DNA of 64,000 bases from assembly GCF_947568905.1 (NCBI RefSeq), contig NC_079166.1:7378001-7442000 (forward strand). The letters are read 5' to 3'. Positions within the stretch are counted from its first letter, which is position 1. Each line of letters begins with the position of its first letter. The DNA comes from Ostrea edulis. Taxonomy: Eukaryota. This document shows positions 35,783 through 48,400 of the stretch, piece by piece. A program made the translations under genes and the position numbers. The notes below the pieces were generated by a model, which did not search any database, was not told the DNA's origin, and saw only the letters and a program-made list of their open reading frames with translations.

Positions 35783-36814
35783 GTGTAAACCAACATTTAA
35801 TTGCGGCTACTTTGCGCAGCAGGGTTAAGGTGTCCCGAGTAAAGTTAAAATAATCATCATAAAATGTACCTCGGTGCACTTCATACTATATGACGTCACA
35901 ATATAAAAGTACGTCACGACGTACAGGTATATAGTTGTATCACGGGTAAAATGTCATAATATTTTCTCGCTATTTATTGCCGTTATCTAGTGTTCAAGCT
36001 GTATGTGTTTTAATCTGTTTGTCAGATGATCCCCCCCCCTAAATTTCTTCAATAATATATGTCTCATATATTTATATATAATATGTGAACGAAAGACTTG
36101 TGACCTTGATATCGCCCCCGATGTGTATAGTCATTTAGAATAAAGAAAACCAACGCATGTACATATCGACTCGTTACAGGTGAAAGATGACGATATTTTA
36201 TTTCGACCTAGGCATATTCAGAAAGGTAACTAGTTGCAGATTTAGGATTTTGATACGGAAGGTACAATATTTTGCCTCCTTTAGATACGATTTGGATGTG
36301 AATGTGGAAAATGCCCAACATTTGAGTTGAGATTGTGGAAATTGCTATATTTGAGAGGATATTGTACCGATCCGTATCACTCTTTAAATTTACTATATTA
36401 ATGTCGACATATCAAGCCCAAGCTGCAAATGGTTTGAGTGCATCTTTCACCTGGAACGAGGTGATAAACAACTAAAAGTCTAGCGGATAAAAATAGCTCT
36501 ACGTCACTTGTATGACGACGTAATAGGTAAGCAAAGGATTTCCCCACGTGATACGATGTTTGTTAATGTATTGACAAACGATTTTTACTAAAAATATGAG
36601 ACGCTTGAAAGAATTTTACTTTTATATGAATATGCTGTTATTGCTTGTTATTTTACCCGGGACACCTTAACCCCGCTGTGTGGTTTGCGACGAGTAATTG
36701 TCGTGATTGAACCTTTCCCCAGCTTATGACATTCAAGGACTGGTTTGCAACGAGAAATATTCGCATCGATGAGGTTCGTGCGAATCTCGCACGCGAATAA
36801 AATTTGGTTTACAG
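35783..36814. mobile_element. TA-flanked MITE interrupted by an 838-bp TTAA-flanked element
   Basis: Outer TIRs TA-GTGTAAACCAACATTTAATTGCG / CGCGAATAAAATTTGGTTTACAG-TA. Confidence 0.7.
35829..36666. mobile_element. TTAA-flanked non-autonomous element (Kolobok-like GG...CC ends)
   Basis: TTAA-GGTGTCCCGAGTAAA ... TTTACCCGGGACACC-TTAA. Confidence 0.75.
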
Positions 36815-37516
36815 TAATGCTAGACAAAATAATTGTTTCATTATCATTGTTTGGAATGTTTTAAATGGGATGAGTGGTTGATTCGGCACTCCTGTGTGCT
36901 TGATTCGGTAAGTTGGGAAAAAGGTATTCCGTGACCTGAGAAAATATCAGGTTAGCTTGTCGCATTGGAATTGTCGTGCGCACATTTGCCGATGGTCAAT
37001 GGAATTACCATACACCGCTTTCATGTCAATTCCATTGTATTGGGACCTTCAGCAAGCACAAAGGAAAGAAAAGGGTATCATACTATCTTTTGATATCGTA
37101 ATAAGTGGTCAAAACTTAATGAGTGGTAGATACTCCGATTGGGAATTGACTAAGCATTGATAACGGTAGATAATTATGTATGACACTGAGATTTATTCCT
37201 ACATGTACTAGACTACGCTGTGTTTCAATATATATTTAATTTGAAGACAAATTTTAGTCGAAAGTATCTTACATATTAGTTGTGGGACCATTTTTCCCAC
37301 ATACACATGCAACAAATGAACAAGTGCATATAGGTCAAATATTTTACCAAATGGTGAATTCCATTGTTGTAAACTGGTAACATCATCAGGGTAAAACAAA
37401 ACTTCTTGGTTACATTGTAAGCGCATAGTACATTTTATTTTAGCACTTACAATATTATACAAATATGGTGCCACGAAAATCACCCGTTCTGTAGAAGTTG
37501 TAGATTGAAATTGAAA

Positions 37517-40500
37517 TTATCCGACGACGTCCGGACCGCCGCCAAGAGATCTGCATAAAAGAAACAAGAACAGGAGTCAGGATTATTGAACTATTGGGAG
37601 TATTCAGTTGAAAGTCATACTACATACCATTCAACTGTCTATTGAAATCTCCTCTAACCTAACTTAACCCCACTCTACTCCTCTCTAATGTTCAAATCTC
37701 TAAATTTCATGCAAATTGTGCAACTTGACAACAAATGTGTTCGTTTCCATGTCATGATTTTCCAATGACAAAACGGCTGAACCTCACCAGAGTGTATTTC
37801 TAATTAATTTTCGAAAAATAAGATATATCTTTCACTTAAAGAGCTAGTGTAGAATCATTTAAATTCGTGGTGGCCAATTTTCGTGGATTGCTGAATTTTG
37901 TTCGGGTTCGTGGGGACGTAATTTGATGGATTTATATATTTGTAAAAAAGATAACTCTGGAATGTAATTATGATTCTTTATTCGTTGAGGATGTAAATTC
38001 GTGGGTGAGGGGTACCCACGAATTCCACGAAAATTGTGCCAACACGAATTTTAATGATTCTACAGTATATATTATTTTTAGAGAGATATCTCTTTAAATA
38101 CAACCTATCACTGGGTCAAATGTTGTCTGACCTGTTTCATACCGATTGTTAAGCCGTTCTTGGCACACTGATTTTGACTGCGGATAACTCCGTTTACCTG
38201 ATCAGGATATGGGGCACACGACAGGTGTGACCGGTCGACAGGAGATGCTTACTCCTCCTAGGCACCTGATCCCACCTCTGGTATATACAGGGGTCCCTGT
38301 TTGCCCAACTGTCTAATTTGTATTGTTTATAGGAGTTATGAGATTAATCACTGTTCGTTATATTCACCTTCCATCTCTCTAAATGAAAGAGGTATCTCTT
38401 TTTTCGAGAAATATCTCTTACAACTAAAATATCTCTCATTTTCAATAGCTATCTCTTTATATAAGATATATCTTTGATGTAGAGGAAATTCGTACAGAGA
38501 TATCTCTTTAAATGAAGAAAATTACTAAAAGATATATTTCTAGAGTACAAGAGCTATATCTGTAAGTGAAAAAGATATTTCTCAAAATGAGAGAGATATC
38601 TCGTTTTAGAGATATATCTAATGAAATAAAGATGTCTCTGTCATTTTAAATCGATGTCTCTTTAAGAAAATATATATCTCTTTAATTTATAAGAATATCT
38701 TGCTTTTTTAATAAATAGTAAAAGGACTTGAATGTAATTCATCAAAGTAATTTTGCAGCATGTACTGAAATCCACCCAGAGTAACTTCGGTCCAACCCAG
38801 GTATATTTCCGTATACTCCTGTTAGACTTTGATAAGATAAATCTGCTACTTCTTAGCAGCCAAAATGATGAATTTTTCCCCCGGATATTGCATATTTCCC
38901 CAGTGATTTTCATTGTGAGCAAAGAAACAATGTGGGTCTAGCCAAAAGTCACTTGATATGGCAAATATTCTCCCCATCCAAAGACTTACAGTTTATATGC
39001 TAATGGATACAGCAAAAGTAAATGGATTTAGAATTCACAAGCATCGTGGTCTGCTATCACATGCTATACGTGACCACATTAAGCGAAGTATTGCGACATA
39101 ATGGAACACAGTGCTATAAAACTAGACATGGCATTACTCGGTCTCACAGATGAAATTGTACAGTGTGTGACATTCAGCGTCGTTCCAGTGGAAATGTAGA
39201 TGCGATCCAAGATGAGCACAATTTTCATTTATCCCTCCATTGGGTTCGTGTGAAGTAGCATACCAGTCAGTGAAGGTAAATTTTTGGTTTGTTGAAAGCC
39301 AGAACCAATTACCCTCAACCAACATGTCAGTTCCCCCTATCCAAAAGCTGCCATTTCCTGCAGGACCGCCTGCGTGAACTGTTATGAAATTAGAAAGAAC
39401 CAGAAATGAAGCTAAATATTGCAAATAGCTTTAATGCTGTTGAAACTATAGTGGGTTGATAACACAGTTCATTTACAACACATACTGATTATCATGACTG
39501 TACTGATGAGTTGAATATATACAAACCATACACACACACATACATAGTTATATATGTGCAAAGAACGAGTTTAAAAGAATCATAATAATCAACGATCAGT
39601 TCCTGCTAGTACTTTCGCCTTACGACTATATGGCCATTTTATCTTGATTTTTTTCATAGTTACATGGTAACGTTGAAAAGTAAACGTTCATTGTGACATC
39701 ATAATAACGTCGGGTAGCTGTAGAACGCAAAGTCAATTGGGTAAGGTATACATTGTGATATCAATCGGTCTTCTGGTATTCTTTTTTTCCCAAAATAGCT
39801 CTTAAAGTTTATTGTTATTTCGGATGTCAAACATTTCGGTTGAGCATCACTGAAGAGACATTATTTGTCGAAATGCGCATCTGGTGCATCAAAATTGGTA
39901 CCGTATAAGTTTTACATTTTACATATATAAATATAGGTAGGTATATATATATATATAGACAGATAGATATATAAACATATACAGATATAATAGGTATATC
40001 TGGATACCTAGACTGAATATATTCTGTCCCAATGGCATGAACAAACCCAATGACTTCACCAGAATGAATGTGGCCTAGCTTCACCTAGTTATTACTCGGT
40101 GTTGTTCTGTTTGTTTTACATTTTTTTTGCCCGCTAATTTTTGTTACAGCATCATCTTTAGCAGTCCGTTTTACATCTTTTTTATTCATTGTGTATTCAT
40201 TATTATTCAGTATCTATAGTATCCTTACTCAGTCCCCCTAATTATGTTTGTCTCGGTTTTTTTTTTTTTTTTTTTTTGGGGGGGGGGGTATTATTATTAT
40301 TATTTTTTTGCTGTATTCCAATATCAAATTGTATTGATTTATTATTCTATTCAATCTTTTCATATTATTTTCATCACAGTTCAACATTAGTCATTTAACA
40401 TTACACCTCCAGATACGAAATATCCATTATAAGCCGTCATTATAATATGTTAACATACCCTTTAGTTTACCGCTTAATTAACTCGTTCTTTGTTTTTGAC

Positions 40501-43400
40501 TTTATCCAGTGTAGGCCTTATTAGTTCAGTTCAGTCTTGAAGCTCGATTAGAACATACTTTTCTATTGTCACATATTACGCTCAATATTTTAATATTTAG
40601 ACATTTTGTTTGTTATCAGCTTTTGCAGTTTAGTTGTAGTGTTAGTTTGTTTTCCTATTTAGTTTTCTTTTCTGTGTAAACATTTTATCGTCCTAAGGAA
40701 GGGACAGGTTGTCCCGAAAATTTGACAATTCACTGTTGTTCTTGTATTAGAGCAGATACTAACTGTGTAGATGATTGGTGGCGTAATCTATGAGGAAATT
40801 GTTCTCCTGCTGTGATTGGATCTCCACAAGATATCCTCCAAGTTCAGTACACATTGACTGAAAAGAACAGCAACAAATTAAGTCAGCAGCTAGTTTTTGG
40901 GTGAGAAAATAAAGTTTAAACAGTTTAAACCTGAGGCTTCTTGTATTGTTAATTCCTTTGGAAATATACATGTACATGTAATTTCAAAATTGAGGAATCA
41001 TAAAACGAATACCAAAACGAATTGGCGTTGTAGTGCTTATAGATCTACAGTGTGACAATTTTGCAATGAAACTCTACATGTTCTTATGATCCAATAGTAT
41101 AAACCTGTTTTTTCGATTGTCGATTTGTATAAATTCAATATAAGCAACGCAAATCAGTTTATACAGTACATTAATACAAGCATATGCTTTCTAGTATTAC
41201 AGTACAGAATGTTTTAATCGGCATTTTTGCACGTAAAATACGCAAACAAGTCATCATATCGGAATTCAGAGTTTATATGAACAGCGTAGGGGTATTGCAA
41301 GTTTCTATTATTGCATAAAATTACATCTCATTGTCTTATAATTTCAGATGGAATATTAAGTCTGTTTATGGGGGTATTAATCCATTTTTGGTCGAGAAAC
41401 TAAATCTATACACAAGCATTGCGGTTAAATGAGATAGACCTTTTTATAAAGGCAATGTTTTGTTTGGGATAAAATATATCAACCGAATTCATTAATCCAC
41501 AGCACTCCAGTTAGTTACAGGGCTTCATTTTTCTACTATGAACTACAAAATTGAAATACATGTGTAAGGGATAAAACAATTGATAATATTTAGATAAAAT
41601 AGAAATGTTAAACTATGCATGTATAACTTTTTATCAAAAATCTTTCTATTGTTAAACTTACAGTATACTCATTTACACATTTTCTAAATTGCCTCAACTG
41701 AGTATTGTGGTCCATGTCAATGGTCTTTTTATCACATTGTTTACTTTTCGTTATTGGGAGGGGGGGTTATCATGACTTTCTTTCTATGACTGTTTAAATT
41801 ACCACACCCTGTAGGGCCTTACCACAGATTCAGCCCAGCTTTCCTTCATGTGAGTGACGAACAGGTAACAGGAGGCACCAGAGTTGACCCAGGGATTCCT
41901 ACACAATCCTCCAAATGCAGCGACCACAAGGCCTTAAGTATCAAGGTGTTATGTAATGTACATTACAAATGTGTCTCATAGATCATAAAGTGTTGGTTGG
42001 TTAGTTGTTTTACCTCCAGGATTTCCCACTCATATTAAGAAGTCACCAGCTGTAACTTTAGACCTAAGCTTATTCATGGCTCTAGCAGTGGAGGATCTCT
42101 AATATTTTGACATCGCCTGTCATGGCACGGGACATTCGTTGTTTTGTTTTTAAAAGATCCGAAAGACCCGTGATTCTCACTTCTCGCCGAGAGTTTAGCG
42201 AAGGATCAATCACTACAAGTCTATGTTTACGTCTCAGGTGTGGCGCGGTCATGGTATAAGCGGCGCTCCAACTCACGACCTCGCGGTTACGAAACGAAAT
42301 GTCCACTTGAGCTACTGACTAATACATACAATGTACAGCAACAGGATAGATACATGTACATATATCAATGAATAGATGCATTATATAAACATGGCATTAT
42401 TCAAATTCATACGTATCTCTAATTATTTAGGGTGATTTCCAGCACGAAATGAATTAACAATGAATAACACGCCAAAATGATGGTTGTCCAGATTTCGTTC
42501 CGTAGAATATGCAAACGACCTCTGGCGGAAGTTTACCAGTTTCGTTGTTTTAAATTCTCAAATCAAATAACAATACAATTAGTATCATTTTTTCGTCAGT
42601 ATCATCATTTAACTGAAAAGTACAATATCATATAATATTCGACTAGGTATTAGGACAGAGATAGTATTCCTGCACACACACGTGTACATGTACGTCACGG
42701 TAGCTCATTGGTAGAGCATTTACGTCATAAATCGGAAGTTGTGAGTTTCAGCCTCGCTCGTGCCACGGCAGCGTCAAACCTAAAACGTAAACATGGGTAG
42801 TGATTGCTACTTCGCCAAACGCTCGAAAATCAGAGATGAGAATGAAGAGTCTTTTGAATATGGCCTTTAAAAAGTCCCGTGTCGGGGCAGACATTCGCAA
42901 GTTAAAAAACCCTCACTGTTACACTATCCACGTTTTAAAAAAAGAAATTAAAAGAGTAAGACAAAGATTTCCCTCTGGAGTTTATTTTATTCTCGCAATT
43001 AATTGAAATGTGATTTTAATGTGAATAAGAATAATTCGGTTATCTAATTTTGTAAGAATGTTTTTACAACATTTATTAATTTGAGAAGTTTTAAAACTGT
43101 CTACATTGCAATATTTTTAGTGTTAGTCGTACGTTCTATTGTGAAACATGACCCAATCGCTAACGATAGGTCTATATTTGGTGTACTTTACCTGCAACTG
43201 GTGACGTCTCTATTTGAGTGAAGTATTCTCAAAGGTACGTAAAACAAACAAACGAAATCAAAACTAATGCATATGTACATGGAAAGTACATGAGTTCATA
43301 CCTAACACATTATTGGTAAATATTATCCATTGCTACAAAAGCTAGAATATTTATGATAGAAAGGTTACTTACCGAAAAATACTAAAAGACGAACCACCAT
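37517..43400 (-). CDS. Secreted C-type lectin B (perlucin-like, EPN/WND), 5 exons, 168 aa
   Basis: Exons 43400-43373, 41932-41823, 40857-40764, 39378-39138, 37550-37517; phases 1,0,1,2 as in lectin A. Protein MVVRLLVFFGLVVAAFGGLCRNPW...SCYLF...MCTELGGYLVEI...FWIGGTD...HEPNGGINENC...HWNDAEC...FICETESLGGGPDVVG*. Confidence 0.92.
37847..38065. mobile_element. TA-flanked MITE (Tc1/mariner-type)
   Basis: TIRs TA-GTGTAGAATCATTTAAATTCGTG / CACGAATTTTAATGATTCTACAG-TA. Confidence 0.85.
38106..38372 (+). mobile_element. Naiad-type 3'-end copy in the last intron of lectin B
   Basis: GGGTCAAATGTTGTCTGAC...GATGCTTACTCCTCCTAGGCACCTGATCCC...TTCACCTT. Confidence 0.85.
39844..39887 (+). ncRNA. Minimal type I hammerhead ribozyme in a Penelope-like pseudo-LTR repeat
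   Basis: GCATCA-CTGAAGA-GACA TTATT TGTC-GAA-ATGCGCAT-C-TGGTGC: complete core, helix II GACA/TGTC, palindromic helix III, AUC cleavage triplet, helix I GCATCA/TGGTGC. Confidence 0.8.
42080..42315 (-). mobile_element. tRNA-derived SINE
   Basis: Minus strand: TAGCTCAAGTGG (A box), GTCGTGAGTTGGAG (B-box-like), then a body shared with 42694-42925. Confidence 0.7.
42694..42925 (+). mobile_element. tRNA-derived SINE
   Basis: TAGCTCATTGGTAGAGCA (A box), GTGAGTTTCAGCC (B-box-like), body GTAGTGATTG..CTTCGCCAAAC...GTCCCGTGTC...AACCCTCACTG. Confidence 0.72.
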
Positions 43401-44705
43401 ATCCAATGTGTGACGAAAATGATATTTCGCAAGCTTACGATTACACACGACCCTTTAATGATAAGATATTTGTGTTATACACATTTGTCATCTCTCATGA
43501 TGAGCAGGCGCGGATCTAGATGTTACGGTGGATGAACCTCCCCGGTGAAAATGCCGGCAAAATATGTCTTTTTATGGCATTTAGTGATTAGCACTTGAGG
43601 GCAAAGGAGTGTCATGTGGGTCCACTTCGGATATCTCTTTGTTCTGCACCTCTTGTGTAATAACATGAAAACACCACTCTATATTCAATATGCACAATTG
43701 CAAAACCAAAATCAAAGTTGATTGACACACGTGTATTTATCCATCAATTTGAAAAGAATCAGTGCAATCTAAATCACAATGAATATCACGCAGGAGTAAC
43801 GGACGTTTTAACCTATATTCAGGTACTGAACTAATGAATTTTTACAACCTCAATGCGTCTAAATGTTTTGAACTTATATATGAATTTATTTGTTTAATTT
43901 AAATAATATACGTCATTGACAACACACTGAAAAACGTTGAATTTCAGCTTTAACAGTTGTCGATGATATTTAATCATCCGATATCAACGATTATCGTCCC
44001 CAATGCAACGCTATAGGCAACTGCTTTGATAAATTTATGATGTCCTTATGCTAAGGTGTGCACCTCCAATTCCCTAATTATCGCTGCTCCACTTTTAAAA
44101 GGATGGACATGGCACCGATCATGTAATTGAAAATATCACATCAGAGACTTCACATAACTTAGTGCGGCACCGACTGGGTACATGTTATGCGATATCACAG
44201 TGATTATGCCCTCAAATCCCGGAACATAAGAAAATCGATGCTGTCTGTATTTGTTTCTATTTTCAGCAAATCTTTCTGCCAAATTTGAAGCTGATGAAAT
44301 ATTCTGTAGAATTATCTTCCGTATATATTGATAAGCATTACAGGAATTGTTTTGATGAATATATAGTAGCGAGAGTGCACGAAGTTCAATGCCGCCTAGA
44401 TTAACAATGAGATCAGCCGTGACATACAACGAATATAGATAACATTTATTGAACATGTAAAGCTTATACGGGACCAATTTTAATGCACCAGGGCACCCAT
44501 TCACAAAATATCCTACGACTAAGATAAAAATTTATGAACACTGTAATTTTCTTATTTTTCATTTCTTGTAGATTTTCTCAATAAATATGTAAAGTACATC
44601 CATGGCTTATAAAACTTTAATACATACTTATGGCCTTCTGATCGGATTTGGTTATCAGACGGGATTATTTTTTCAGCTTAGTCGTAAGATGTTTTGTGAA
44701 TAGGG

Positions 44706-44775
44706 GCGCAGATGCACATTTCGACAAATAATGTCTCTTCAGTGATGCTCAACCGAAATTTTTGAAATCCGAAAT
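44706..44775 (-). ncRNA. Variant hammerhead-repeat copy (helix I weakened)
   Basis: Minus strand GAGCATCACTGAAGAGACATTATTTGTCGAAATGTGCATCTGCGC. Confidence 0.55.
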
Positions 44776-44914
44776 AACAGTAAACGTGTAGGTCCTAAGA
44801 GCCATGTTTCCAAAAACAAAATCATGTATACGTTTTCGTCTTCAAAGAATTTCAATGCAGAGTGGTATTTAACAAAGTAATCTTTTGGATTGTTGACGAT
44901 TGGCACATTAATCC

Positions 44915-45118
44915 TGACTACGGATAACTCCGTTTGACTGATCAAGATACAGGGTTCACGGCGGGTGTGAGCGGTCGTCAGGGGATGTTACTCCTCCACG
45001 GCACCTGATCCCACGTCTGGTGTGTTCAGGGGTCCGTGTCTGCCCAACTATCTATTTTGTATTACATATAGGATTTATGAGATTGATACGTGTAACTGTT
45101 CCTTATCGTCACCTTCCA
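44915..45118 (+). mobile_element. Naiad-type 3'-end copy between MTase2 and lectin B
   Basis: GACTACGGATAACTCCG...CACGGCGGGTGTG...GCACCTGATCCC...TATGAGATTGAT. Confidence 0.8.
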
Positions 45119-45286
45119 CTATATACAGTGTATTGCAAAATATTAATCAATAAGAAGTTCATTTGAATAGAAAAATGTGTTTTACAAAATGTTACAATAA
45201 TGTATAGTTATACGAATTTAGCTCCAGTTTTTGGCACTCTAGCTTTCCTTTTATTGTTTTTTTGAATTTCCAAAATTTCGGTTTGA

Positions 45287-45330
45287 GCATCACTGAAGAG
45301 ACATTATTTGTCGAAATGCGCATCTGGTGA
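45287..45330 (+). ncRNA. Minimal type I hammerhead ribozyme copy
   Basis: Same core as 39844-39887; last helix I base differs (TGGTGA). Confidence 0.75.
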
Positions 45331-45465
45331 ATCAAAATTGGCACCGTATAATCTTAACATATGTGATCCATTATACATGTATATTGCAAAGTAATAAGGA
45401 ATTGGTATATCATTTAATTAGGGAAATATATTTTGCAGGTACAAATTAAAACGTAATACATTAGT

Positions 45466-48400
45466 TCACTTTCTGAAAACAATCCTGTAATGGTGCGTAT
45501 CTACAGATCGGTCTTTGTCTTCGATATGTACGAAGCTATATCCATTGTCTGTAAGAAATTGTTTTCTGTCTTCGATTCCCCAACTAGCCCCGTGTCCCAC
45601 GGCAGGCTTTTTCGACAAACTATTCGGTAAGCAGAAAAATACGCTGTACGGTAGATGATTCTGCGGAGCCTTTTGACCAATATTTTCGGACATGTTTGAT
45701 GACACATTGGGGTCAAATGCTACGATATATCCACTTGGTTTTAGAATACTATCTACTTGCGAGAGAACTTCAACAGGATTTGGTAGGTCATGCAATACCT
45801 CCATCAAAATGACAATGTCAAATTTTTCCGACCAGCGAGATTTAATGTCATCATCAAATACGGCAAAATGTATATTAGGGTGTATCGACGAAGCATTGCA
45901 GTACTGAATTGCGTCTGCGTCAATGTCTGTGCCATATATGTCAAACTGAGGACAACAGTCGGCCAATTCCTTCCCAAGTTTTCCATAACCACAACCAAAG
46001 TCAAGAACACATGTAGGCGACTCTGTTGATTTAAAAAGTTAAAAAATGAATTTATTATTAATGACACTTTTAGCGATAATGTTGTGTTAAACAACCTGTT
46101 TGATCTCTATAGAAGAAAAAGAAGTAGGTCCGTGAAAATCAGACTTTAAGACCTTACTACGACCTTACTTTGCCTGCTGAATTCTTCTGTAACACATATG
46201 CCAACATAGCATTGGCTCTTTAATCCACTGAGTATGAAAAATTGCATACAACTAGTTTGATTGAAGATACTATTAATATACATAACTTTACTATCACCGT
46301 TGTGAAGTACAACATGAACAGATACACATAATGAAATATGCGAAATTTGGATTTGCAATTTTATGCATATCGACAAATTAATTTAATGCGAGGATAATTA
46401 GAAAATCCTGGGTAATGAAGTAAAAGACATTCATGACATCGCAATTAAGAACCTTACCAACAGCGTGTAAAATATCCAATACTTTGGTTGTGTAGTCCTC
46501 TTTTATTTCATAGAGGAATCGACTTAACCTACTGTTTTAGAATTGAAATGTTTTGAAGGGCGGATTTCGATAGTGATCGTATTTTATTCTTTACGTATAT
46601 ACAATCAACACATCCACATCAGCTTTACAGTAATACAAGCACACCATAAGCCATACGAATACTTACTTCTGGTTTCCATTTTATACTGAGATATTACTGG
46701 TTGTATGTTATCCAGAATCCACGATTGATTAATATGGCTTAATTCACTGTACTTCCCAAGCCATTCCAGTTCCATAGTCGGATATTGATACCCTAATAAC
46801 AAACAAGAAAAAACACCGAATCAGTAGTAGAAAACAGCATATGTAACGAACATCAAAAGAACGTCGTTTACTACATGTGTATAGAGGGGATATTTGGATT
46901 CACATTCAGCCCGTAATTTTTTTCTGCATGCAAAAATGCTAGAAATAAGATGAATAATTAACTATAATAGTTACCGTAGAGCAAACGTAATACAAAAAAC
47001 AATGTTTTTAAATCTCAACGCCACAAAACAATGATGACGTCACAAAGTCGTCATCAGTACAACGCAGATCATTCCTGCGTGAGTAAGATAGAGACAAGTC
47101 GTGGTTTACAAGAGTATATCATGTTAACTGACAACAAGGCTCATATGACAGACCGGGTATTATACGTTTTCTTCAGATTATTTTACTGTGTTCATTTTAT
47201 AGTCTTGCGTGTCACTTTTCCAGCACTGGATTAAAATTGGTACGAAAGTATATATAGAAAAAATCAGTGTTTTGCACCAAAAGTAGTGGAACCTCGGATA
47301 AGTTTAGAAAAACAACAGTTATGCAGCAGTTCATCGAAGAAAAGTTCATTATTGAAAATAAGTAGTTTATCCTATGACCACCTTCCAAAATAAATTCTCA
47401 GATCTGAAAATCTTGTCTCGTGAGGATATGGGTTAGAATAGGTCCTCAGTACCCCTTGCGTGTCGTAAGAGTCACATCATTACGAACATTCAGTCGCGTC
47501 TTACAATAAGCAAGGGGTACTGACGACCTATTCTAACCCGCATATCCACAGACTGAATTATATATATGGTGCGTACTTTTGTTTTCATAGGTGAAAATAA
47601 GGAACAGTGATCAATCTCATAACTCATCTAAGGAATGCAAAATAAAGAGTTCGGCAAACACTGACCCCTGGGCATACCAGAGGTCGTATTAGGCGCTTTA
47701 GAGGTGCAAACATCCCCTGTCGACCAGTCACACCCGCCGTGAGCCCTTGATCAGGTAAACGGTGTAATCCTTAGTGAAAATCAGTGTGTCAAGAACGACC
47801 TAACAATCGATATGAAATATATCAGACAGCATTTGACCATATGATAGGTTGTATTGCATGATTCGGAGAGACTATCATAAACGCTGCAGTACAACTCACC
47901 TGTGTTGGTGTTTTTATTCTTCATGGCTGTCTCGAGTTTTGAGAAGCAATCTGCAAACATTGGCAAAACAGCGGAGGTATGCACAGCTTTCCGAATCCGA
48001 TTTGAAGTCGGCATTCTGTATTTCCCGTTTTCATAATGTATGATGCATTTAGCAGACATGCACATAAGCCATTCTTCAACATATCTATTAATTTAAAAAT
48101 AACACAGTATAAGTTGTTTGTCTTACAGATAATAAATGGCGATGAAATATCTTAAGGGAGCATATTTGTCCACCTATTGTGCTTCAGAATTAAAGGAAAC
48201 GAGAAAAATACTTTTGCTGACATATTTCACGATAATGAGTTTCGAATGAAATGGTCGATTTCTTGTATTATAAAACATATTTATATACAATTATAATGTA
48301 TAAGCAATTATGATTACTGTATGAATTAAGTTGCACAGCCTGTGATAGTTTTATGCATTAGATATCAATAAAATATATATAATTCTGATGAGGTATGATA

